Origin: Phoronis australis
Lineage: Eukaryota; Animalia; Phoronida
DNA length: 64,000 bases
Direction: 5' to 3'
Assembly (NCBI GenBank): GCA_002633005.1
Contig: NMRA01000088.1
Span: forward strand, 870,864-934,863
Shown here: positions 48,501-60,500 of the stretch, piece by piece
Position numbering within the stretch: position 1 is the first letter of the stretch
How the letters are laid out: every line of letters starts with the position of its first letter
Program-made: the position numbers and the translations under genes
Notes under the pieces: model-generated
The model's database searches: none
Seen by the model: the letters and a program-made list of their open reading frames with translations, nothing else
What the model was told of the DNA's origin: nothing

Positions 48501-51500
48501 AAGTTAAGAGAACATACTACCCAAATTTCAGATGCAAAAAATGCAACTGGTGGCACCATAGCAGTCGTGCTACTGTCAGCAAGAAAAAATATGTCAATTT
48601 TTATAACGATCCTCTGAGCACTACGGCAGGTAACAAGGCAGATGATAAAAAGGCTCAAAAACAATTAAAAAATTATCACTACATGGTGCAGAATATGTTG
48701 AATCCATCCCAAAATGGTCCTTTGCAGTTTGGCAGATAAATGAGACAGACGCCAAACAAAAGCAACCAGATAGTGGAAAATACATCAAAATGAAAACAAA
48801 TTTTGTATTTGTACCCTAAATGGAAACTTATCAATGAAATTTCATGAAAATACATCGAGGAACCCTGAAGTACAGAGGCAAACATAAAAAAATGCCATTA
48901 GCAGTACCCCACAGCGGTAGTCGCATCCATCGTTAGTTTCCTAGAAATACACTTGGTAAATCTTATTAAGACCCTTCAAAGGGTTTAGAAAATAAAACAG
49001 TGGACGCCCGGACATCAACAGAGAGATGACTGCACTATACACCCACACAAGTCACGTACATGTGGGAACATAAAAAGGGTCCCACCCTAAAACACGAACA
49101 AAAACAATGGTTTTCAAAGATTGCGCTGCATGGGGCTTTAAACAACTACTGAACCAACAAGATGCACTGCAGTGACTAGACAAAGCACATTCGTTAACCG
49201 CAACATGTAAAAAGTATGAGTGCATAACATTCATTAACATGACCAGTTAGAAGCAGTTAGGATGACATAACATGGTTGAATCGCCATGCATTGTGCAAAT
49301 TACAACACAGTGCCCACTAGCTCGCTACACTGTAAGTGAGACTGGCTATCTGAAAACAATATGGGAGATAATCCGGGCCACGGCACCATAAGCAAATTAC
49401 AACACAGTGTCCACTAGCTCGCTACACTGTATGTGAGACTGGCTATCTGAAAACAATATGGGAGACAATCCAGGCCACGGCACCATAAGCAATTCATTCC
49501 CCTTGAAATATTTGTTAATATAGCATTCTCCTAATGATTATTTCAAATGCCTACTGTAGATAATAAGCTATTGTGAGATAAAGAGCTTTCCCAATAAAAT
49601 ATGGACAAATCAAGAAATAAAGCATTCTGGGATATGAACATGTAAGACAAGGAGACAGATTTAATTGGCTGTAATGTGAACTTTCTTTGATGAGCAAGCG
49701 TGTTCATTTCGTACCTTGATGTTTGGAAAGAAATACAACTCTAGCATTAGCCCACACATGGCAAAAATATGCAAATAAGCAGGCCATTAATGAAGGATAT
49801 TGTATAAACCACTTCAAATAACACACATCATGGACTGCTCCGAGTTGGATCAAAACTCTGAACATTGGGTAGAACCAAAATCTACAAACGGGGGTAAAAC
49901 ACTGACAACGTTACCGCTGCAGTTCATCGAACCGGCCGTGACGTGGGTGTGGCGATAGACGCCAGACGAGAGTTTCTCGGCCAGCTCCAGGCAGATTCCT
50001 GTGTCGTACAACCAAGCATGCAACAAGATTAGGCGGTTACCGAACAAGTGGCAGACATGGTATTTAGAAGCAGCAGCAGCGAGGTATTAGGTAGACACTT
50101 AGGTTGTTTGCTTCCATTCCACCTGTACTGAGCATTGCAAAATTTTATTTCCACCCTCACTAGGTCAAAAACCACCACACTGGTAGCCGTGTTTTGTGAC
50201 CTTACTATGACGGAAATAAAACCAGTGAGCATCGTACAGCTGTGCTGTGCATAAATGCTAAATAGAGTGTACACACGAGATACAATTAGTCAACAGAACA
50301 TCCGTGACAAAACATCCACCTTGTGTTAGCATTTCCACAACAGAGGAGCATTAGAGTTAGACGAAATGAAAAGTTGGGCCGACCCCGAAAGAAATAACGG
50401 ATCACAAAACTCGTCTAAATCCATTTTTAAAATTGCTGTAACAAAAATAGTGTAAAGTATAGGACCAAGCTGCCAGACAGCAATGCATAGATCTTCCTTC
50501 AAGCAACAAATCTTGAAACGTTATATCAACAAGCATTCAGTCTGAGTCGTGTATTCACGAAAATGACGTGCCCAACACTTCCCAAAGCCAGAAAACAAGG
50601 AGTAGTTCATGGGGGAAATGTACCAATCCTTGAGTTTGAAAAGCACGTAACATGCAAAGCTCTTAGCGGTAGACAATGGACGCACTGACAAATTGTTGAG
50701 GGTGCAACCAAGCCCTTATGATTGTCTTACCCAATGGCTTGTCTTAAATTGGAAAGCACAAGAATGCCATTAGAAAAGACACACATGAAATGTATCTAGC
50801 AAGTATTGAAGGTTCTTGACAAGTGAAACGGTTCTACATAGTTTAAGGTGTTCATTAGGTTTCCTATAAAGCTGACTGGTTTAGTCTCGTCTAAACACAA
50901 GCGTCCACGCCATTCTCCTTGCGATGTTTCCGAGACCAGTTCAGGAGATGACATCAACTGCATATTATTCCTTAGTTAGCGCTGCTGCCAGCACTTTCCA
51001 AATGCTTTGAAGGTTGGTCGTCTACTCCTAAATATCCGGTGACATCACAGATAACTAAGTACTAAGTAGCCTGGTTTATAATTTGCGTTTCATGTGATGA
51101 GTTTTAACACAATGATGGCGAACACTAAGGGAATCTTTCGCGCGCAAAAAAATTGCAAATCTGCCTCTAATTATTCCATGCATTTTGAGTCTCAGTCAGT
51201 TCTTTTATATCGCATGGTGGTTTCTTCGTTAAACACACATCAAAAAGCACGTTGCAGTGGACCCACGCTTTCACTTATCATGCGCTCAAATGACTAATGT
51301 TGTTATCCATTCCATTGGTTACAAGTCATCCAGTTATCTGTGACGTCACCGGGCAACCATCCCTTAATAGATTTGAAAAACAACAGCAGCGCCGCCAACA
51401 GAGAATGACTTGCACGAGGTGCAATCCCTTGAATTTTAACTGGCCCCCAATCTTTATAAATCACAAAACATTACGAATAACATACAACATTTTAGAGACA

Positions 51501-54500
51501 AGTATGCCAGCCTTCTCCAATTTGGCATAGAACACAGTGGAACAGTGTACTTCAAAATTACTAAATTTCCTCAAAAAATACTACTACAGTGAGTTATATG
51601 TCTGACTGGTAATAGCCTAATTTGTATTTCGCACAGTTCTTACTGAAAGGCATAACAAAAAATATTTGTAGCAATGAAGTCAGCCTTCAAAATAAAGAAA
51701 ACTTGGCTACTATGTTTTTTCAATAAAATATCCTAAGAATGTATTAGCACTTGCTTCGATTCCAAATTCTTAGGAAAATGTACTAGAACAATCATAGGTT
51801 AATAAAAGTTGTAGCAAGTTCATTCCCAATTTTTCAATAAAAATGATGTCAAACCTTTAAATTCTAAGCAACGCCCATTAAAATGTGTATTTTTTCACAT
51901 AAAAAGTATGCCGGTAGATAAAATCATAGCACGTTACAAATTCATAGGCCAGGTGAAGTATCGTGCTCAAGTGTAACACACTCCACAACATATTAAAGCG
52001 GCACAAACAATTTCGTGTGGCGACAAAATGTGAAAGTTAACAACCATGCAAGTGTGAACCCAAAATACTTCAGCTCTCACACAGCTTAAATACAAAATTA
52101 AAAATACAAATAGACTTTGTACTATACAGTCTAGTACTGAATACTTGAAGAAGGATTATGTACAACCAAAATGTGTTTACAAATGGTAGTGCATTTTCAA
52201 CACGAATTAATACAACAATTTGAAAAACACTTTACTTGGAAAATTATCATCAGTCATGAGATTGTCAATTTTTTCAACAAAAACGGTCAGTAATGAATAC
52301 ATGTCATGAGAAAATTCAAAAATCTTCAGTCGAATCCATTTGAATGTGTGATGAAAAGTGCTCAATTACTCATAGCCTTTTACCGAATGCAAAAAATGAT
52401 AACTTTTCACTACTGCATGATGTCATAGAATTTGGTTATGGTCCCTTACAGAGGGTCCTGAAATATGAGAACCAGTTTCCTCCACTGAGTAACGAGTATC
52501 AAACTGGTTCTCAAAATACGAGACTCCCTGTAAGTTGCTTAGAATTCTTTAATCCAATTGTTGCATATTTCTTTTACTAACTACGACCAATGTTGCTGTT
52601 GTTGGCAACAATCCAAACACATTTTGTAACGAACATTTCATTTTTCCTTACCGAGCTGGTCATTTCCCTTCTTAATTTTGATGTTCCGCTCCAACGCAGA
52701 TGGCAACGGAGCAAGACCGCTGAACGATGTGCTTGCACCAAACGACCGGCCAAGACGGGGTGAGCCTTTGGGTGACATGGACGGCGAGCTAACCAATGAA
52801 GATCCAGGTGAACCCACCGATGAACTTGGGTACGGGACATCGGAGGTTCTCTAAAAAAAGTGGACGCATCAGGCTAATAGTTTAGAGTTTGCACTAAACA
52901 GGCAGGGGAACACACGATTGTGAACACGATCAAATTCTTAGCTCGCATGAAATCAAATGTTGATCTTTAACATCAACTCCATCACTGGACTTTGCTTATA
53001 TTATGTACAGTACATGACACAAGTACATAAGTACACAAAACACTATTTACCTGTTGTGACAGCTTATTCTGTTAACAGCAAAAGTGACTAGCAATAGCTA
53101 TCATGGCAGCAAAACTTTTATTACAAAAGGACTTCTCACGTTGCTTCACCTTCATACTCAATCATGAGGGAAGGATTCACAGACTATGAATTCAGTTTCC
53201 GCCAAGCCGTGCCAACAGACTATTCTGGGTCATCGTGACTAAATATTTTGGAAGGTGCTGGTACAAATTCAAAATTGTGCACACATCAAACAGACTGCAA
53301 ATGATTATTTGAATGCAGTTCGTGAGTTAAAATGTCAAAGTTTCGTGCTGTGTTCTCACAACGAAAAGCCAGACAGTCCAACTTGACAAAAATACATTCA
53401 AGTATATGGCAAAATTGGCATGGAACAACTCAAGTGTTAATCAGTTCTTCCTCATAATTATTATCATGTTTATGTGCAAGAACCATTCAAACATTAAGTA
53501 ACAACTAGCCAAATTGTAATGTACCCTTCAACAGAGTTAAACAAGAGTAACACAGTACTAATTGAAATCAAAGCAACAGGTTTAAATTTTTGTTCATATT
53601 TTTAATAGTTGCCATATCTAGTGCAAACAACTGTTTCAGGAATTCTTAATAAAATCGCACATTAACAATTGTGCATTTCCAACTGAGGATGAACTATCAC
53701 AATACAAGGTGAACAGAAAGCAAAGCCTTAACAAATGCCACAGGGTATGCAGAAATCCCAAGGTTTCATGACTGCAAACACCCAATATCAAAGACTACTC
53801 CCTAACTACTGAAAGATACATACATCAACATAAGAAAACAAGAAACGTGTTTTGTCTCAGATAACCGCCGTCTCTCTAGAACACACTTGTTTGACTTTGC
53901 TGGTTCTGCCTGGTCGATCGGCTAAATCATTTGATTGGTCTGTAAGCCGAAAGTCATTATCGAGAAACAATCGGATGTCTAAGCCAGTTGACCTGGCGCA
54001 AACGGCGAAGTCAATCAAGCTAATAAATGGCAACTTAAGATACAGAACAAACAGCTGTTGTTTTAAACTTCCTCCATGTTTCATTTTAAAGTTGACGAAA
54101 TTAGACTCGACTCTTCCCTGCCTATGCGAAAGCCTAATCTACACGTGGGCAATACCGCACAACAGCGATATATTGCCATGCAGAATACGTACCACACATT
54201 CAGTTAGTAAAATATTGCGCAATCAAACATACTTTCGGGCTGCAACCTATGCCTGTTGACCAAACTCAAACATGCAAGATTACGATTTCCAAACAGGCAC
54301 TACAATCGGAATTAAATCTGTAGAAACAATTCACATTTTGATTTGTCATCAGGTAAGATAGTGTGCCATTAGAGACAGACATCTCTCCCACAATAGCCTA
54401 ACAATTTAAAATCGGACTCTTGAAGTTTCACAATTAAATAATCAAAACTAACCTCGACTATTTTTAGCCCGTGACACTTCAAGTTAATGAACGTAAAATA

Positions 54501-57500
54501 ATACTGAAAACACAACACTACACACTATCTACGACAAGTACAAAGCATTTAATTCAGCCTGCAAATAAAACCCGCCTCCAAGCTCGTGCAGCTAACCAAA
54601 CGGAAACCCCAGAACATCAGAGACGATGGGGGAAATGTCTCATGCACTATGAAATCATGATGCAGACTTACTGGGGACGTCAGCTTGAAGGGGGATACGG
54701 GCTTAGGTGCAACGGGAGGGGGAATCTTTTTCACTGCAGGGGTCGCTGTGGTCGGACCAACGGCCTGGTTAGTGATAAACACACATAACGGGTAAACTGA
54801 AGTACAATACACAGGAAAATGAATAAAAGGGTGAATGTACATAACAAGAGGAGTGTAAAATGGTTACAGAAAGTGGTATTTCATATCCAAAATGGCCCCG
54901 CGCAATTGGGAACACGTAACTAGTACGACTTATTTTATGACATATGTACTTGTCTGTAGAAGGCATTGAATTCTGAGAAGAAGCAACTTCTACGTCGTTC
55001 CTGATCATACTGTGAGTTTTCCAGGATAATATTTCTCACGAGTTATTTTTCGCGCAAAAATAAACAGTCTCAAGTACCTGCTGCTCACAGTTACCGCCAA
55101 GCACACCACAACGATTCGCAAAACGGGGTCTTTTATCAATTTTCCATGAGCTTTTCAAATTTTATTACTGATTATTACAATTTTGGAGATTGTTTTTGCC
55201 GTTTTTCAGCCTTTCTGTGTGGAGTGGTACCTGTTCAAGGCTTCAAATGTCAATCCCATGACCATTACGTCAGCCGCGTTTCATCTCGCTCTTATGTTCA
55301 AGGAACAGACTTCCGAGCCTTTGCTCGGCATACTTTTTTAACAGGGACCATGCAACAAAATGGAAATGAGACGTTTATCTGTAAAACGTACCCTGAATGG
55401 AACAGATGATACAACAGTCGTCTCCACCTTTTTCACTTCAGTGACGGCCTCTGTCCTTTTGACCTGGTGTATGACCCCGTTTTCAGTTTTGACCTCTTGG
55501 GTCGTGACCTGTGTCCTCTTAACCTCACTGCCATCTGGTTGTATGACTGAGGACACTTTGGTTTCAGTGGTGGAAGATGGTTGAGGTTCTTCAACCTTCT
55601 CTTCTTCAGAAGATGATGAAGAACTGACGCTTCTTCTCTCCTGAAAGTGAGACACAGAATATTACAGGTAATTGTCACTAACAAGGGTCACTCAAGTTTC
55701 TCCACTGAATAACGGGCATCAAACTGGTTCTCAAAATATGGCACCACACATCCAGTTACGATTTCGATGAAAAATTGTGAAATGAAGCAATTTTTAAGAA
55801 CAGCAAAGTGTGCCCTATTTGTCAAGCATAATTTTCATATCAGAAATCGGGACTGTCGTATAAACATACCTGGTTGAAAACACGACTTTAATTTTGTGGC
55901 CTGGTGGTCGACTTGGCGCCTCACAATGTAAAAATATCTCTGGTCCAAGGACACAAAACCACAAAGTTCAACCTTTAAGTATGGCCTTCTATACCACACC
56001 TCACTTTGTAAGGGCTTCAATTCTTAGGACTCATTGTACCTCTATTGTATGGACCAGGATATTAAACAGTTAATTACGTTTCATACTGCAGAAATGAATT
56101 TTCACACGAGTAGTATGACGATGCAGTCAAACAGGTACACGACATCAACCACACTCGAATACCCAACTAGTCAATTGACAGACAGGCTCTCTGTTCCTCT
56201 TACGAAATTTTTTTGTCACTGCATCCAGACCCCCCCCCCTTATTATGACCTTTGAACCCTACCTCTTTCTCCTCCTCGTCTTCCTCAAGTAGAATGGCTG
56301 GTGCCATCTGCTTGATCTCGTAACTAGTAGGCTCTGGTGATGAGGACGCGGACGAGTGGTCTGAGTCCAGAATTCCGACCTGTTCATCAAATGAAAATAA
56401 AATGAGTTAGAATTTACACATATGTGAGACAGAGTTCAGTCTGTAGTCTGATATCTTGAATGACTTTTACGACCGATTCTAAACACATTATATAGTCATC
56501 TTGTGAAAAAGATAGGACTTATAAAACAATACCCAAGTGACAACAAATCCTTTATCTAGTACTAAGGTAAGAAGCCTCAGAATTACAATTCACATTTCAA
56601 TCATCATGACAATCTATGGACTTCAATACAGACAGACAACAAAGCTTGAAAATAAAAATAAATGAAAATAATGCACATCAAAATTAAACTAATCAGAGCA
56701 TCAACAGACATACTCTAGGGAAGGGTTGCATAAAACTTCAAACTCAGGATAATTTTATATCTTGTGGTAAGTAAACATTTCGCCATAGTTCAAAATTTAG
56801 CAGGATTCATTGGGTCCTGCAAAGGATGGTAAAAAATTCTGAATTTAAGCAGGTCTTTAATACCATAGTTCAAAACTCCACATCACTGCCACAACTCTCT
56901 GCTTTTGCCAAGGTATAAAAACACATTAGAGTGACCTGGTTTTCAAAAGGTAGCACCGCTAACACACTTCTGAGCCAAGGCAGAAAACTTAAAAGTGGAG
57001 AACGATTTATCTCAACACAGTCAGCTTTTTCAACTGTTGTATGTTCGCAACGCAACTCAAATTACAGTAAAACTTTATTGGCATCAGAATGACAATGAAA
57101 AATAGTGATTAGCACACCAGCAGTGCAAGGCAAGTGCCCTGTTCATGCACTGTTTTGCGGGAAAATGACCCAGAGATAGCGCTGTTGTATTTTGACGCTG
57201 CACTTAACATCTAAGCAACCCAAGCCTAGAGGTACAACACAATCGCTTTTAATTAAGTAATTAGCTGGTAAACAAGAACAATAACAAGGCAACAAGTGAA
57301 AACAACACACTGATGGAAATATGGGGGCCGTTTAATCAAATGTCAAAGGTCTGATCGCAGCTCAGATGGTCATGACACGTCATTGCAAATACGACACAGC
57401 GTTCATTAGCAGAGTGAAAATGTTTTTTGTATTCAGAATCAAAGACCACCTTCATAACCCATGATTCAATGAACTGCGTGCATATTAAACTCGACATTAT

Positions 57501-60500
57501 GATCACTTTAGCCAAGACCAGTCTGACAACCTTTGATAAAACAGGCTCATCATCAAGAATAATAAACTAAAATTAAATAAAACAGTGAAACAGTATAGAG
57601 TGCAATTAAATGTTAATTTCAAATGCTACCAAAACATGTCAGAACAACAAAACTAATTAACGTAGCAGAAATGAAAACATCGACACCGAAAATAGCAGCA
57701 TTGACAAGACATGTGTTGAATTAAGTAAAGTGCTCTGGGTATACTCTGATTTGCGTCTCTTGGGTAAGCTCCAGTAGGGATAAGCTCTCAACATAAAAGC
57801 CATCATACGTGTTCAATCTTCCCCGAACAATTCTATGAGCTTTCTGACCCAAAACAACACAGTCGGCATGTGATGTAATGCTTAACATTCAGGGTATGGG
57901 AAAACACACAAGAAAGGTAATACACTGGGGACAAGGGTTAGAAAGCAAAGCGTGTTAAGACGAGGTTAACTCTGTGCAAAAACCACGCCGCAAGCAAATG
58001 AAACTTGAGAATTACGACGGTTGCAGGTGAGGTTCGGAAACGAGAAATGTCAAAACTCTCGAAGGAAACGTTGACAACGAAACTGAAAACTGTAGAAAGC
58101 CGCACTGGGTTACAGCTGTGACCCGTCACCGTGCCGGCAGACAAGAAAACACCCCCAACTTACGACTTGGATCTTCTTCATCGGTCGGTGCACAGGCTGC
58201 ACCCATTCCTCTTCAACCTCGTTCGCACTCAATGACCCCTCATCAGCCTCTTTCTGAGCAGCGAGCTCAGCCAACACTGATGACTCCAGGTTCAGCTTCA
58301 AGTGTGTGGGTTCAGCAATGGATGAATCTAATTCCTCGATTCTCAAACTCTCCGCATGCACAGGCTCACCACGCTCGTGCAAAACGTCCTGGATGTGTTC
58401 TTCAGTATACGAGTTTTCCACCAATTCCTCAAAAGCACGTTCATGATCGGAATCAATCTCGTGAATTTCCACGTCACTATCGTGATCACTCTCCTCATCT
58501 CTCGATATCAAACCGTTTTGAGCAACATCGTGAGTGACAAGCACCTCCGAAGACGACACTGCGACTCCGCCATCATCTCCGTCTTCACGAATCACCAACT
58601 CTTCCAAGATCTCGAAATCCGGCTCCGACGGGGTCAAATCCTCTGACGGGGTCAACTTAACGAAGTCCGGCGTGAAATTCTCCGCCTCTTCTTTGGCAAG
58701 GTCGTCGCCGCTCTCGCTACTACTGCTACTACTGTCATGCTCGACAAACGTGGGTGGGGAAGATGCGAGTGAATCAGAGACATCTTGTGGCTTAACCTCA
58801 TTCTCGTCTCGGGCCGCATTCTCGTTACTGACCTCATGTTTAGCCGAAAATTCTTCGGCCTCTTCCTCTCTCAGCTTCTCTTCCTGTTGTCGGAATTCGG
58901 CGGAGCTGGCAGAATCCGAAGCGCTGTGCGACCCGGTCGATGAACGCGCTGGTTCCATGTGTAAAGTGGCAACCTCTATTGATGACGGTGGTTCTGTGTC
59001 AAGCTGCATAGGACTGATTAGTTGGGGAGAAGTTACCTGTGGCCAAATAGAGATTGAGCATGCACGATAATCAGCCTGTACCCTATATACACTGGAGGTA
59101 ACTGGAGCTAAAAAGAAGGCAGAACGGTGGCGCCTCCTGCCAGATCCTCTCGTAAATAAACAAGACTGGTTTAATGGCCAAATAAATTATCTAGAGAGCA
59201 GTAGCCGGGATTGCAAATCAAAGTGAACAATGTGTTTTACTGTTCAATATTTTCATGTCATAACTGACCTAAAATAAGCATAAAATTCCAGAAATATACA
59301 GCACAGTTTTTCAAGGCAAACTATAATCAAACAAAACTCGATACGTAAGAAACCAAAATTGTTTTAACACAACCGCCCTGTCCCCGTCATTTCCGTTTGA
59401 CCGCGCAACTGGGATGGACAGAACCTGCAAACGGCTACAAACAGCGCTAAAAAGGGGGGGGACGTTGCAGAAGTGAGCCACAGCACCCGACTACTCACAA
59501 ACATTGGGGCCACTCAAAACGCACAGTAACACCCACAGATAAGGCACTATAACACAGATTCAGCTCGAGACAGACCGTTTCACTTCTTGAATAAACCTTC
59601 CTGTAAAATCCCACATATTAAGGACACACTACGGCGGACAAGCGAAACAATATGCTGAACTTCATCTTTTTCATAAAATATAAATAGCACTGAATGAATT
59701 ATTTACAAAGCCCCTTGCAGCACTCCCTTTGAAAATCATTCTTTTGGTTCACGTCTTGGGGTGGGACCCCTTGTTTTGGTTCACGTCTTGGGGTGGGACC
59801 CCTTCTTTTGGTTTTTCAATAAGATGAGATCCTCATTACACACAGATAATGGATCGAATGGAGTTTCTTGATTGCTTCAGGGAAAGATTAGCCATAAAAA
59901 ACTTTATTTACTTCAATTTCGGTCTGACCTATACCGTATCTGCTATTAGACAATGCTTTGAGAAATCGTCGGCATGCAAAACAATTTCGGAAGCCTTCAA
60001 ATGAAGGTGTTTAAATTTTGGTAAAATGTCTTTGGTAATACCACATTCGAGCAAATCTCATTAAAATATAACAGTAATGCTTCACTAACTCATTATGTTG
60101 GTTTGTAGTGTATACACAATGTAAGACAATACAAATGATAATATTGGTTTGTAGTGTATAGACATTGTAAGACAATACAAATTATAATATTGGTTTGTAA
60201 TGTATAAACATAGTAAGACAATACATATGATTATGTTTCCCTGCCATGAAGTTGGTTTGTAGAGACAGTGAAGACATTAGAAGAAAATATGCGATTCTGT
60301 TTCCATTATGTGCAACAAATCAGTCTTTGGAAATTTTTAAATGACAATTTTAGCGATTAGTGAACAGCTACCATAACTATTAGTCAATCAATCATACGGT
60401 GGTATTGTAAAATATTACAAACTTTGCACAAACATAACCGCCAAAATTACCTTTTTTTGTTTTCCAAGGTCTTCTAACGTTGTAACAGTTGCGAATACGC

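Noticed and set aside
58118-59070. Long plus-strand ORFs (139, 96, 178 aa)
   Set aside because: Antisense shadows of the GC-rich acidic MPDZ exon; the same applies to the + ORFs over 17732, 24887-25393, 30470, 40576, 60964, 61745 and 62823.
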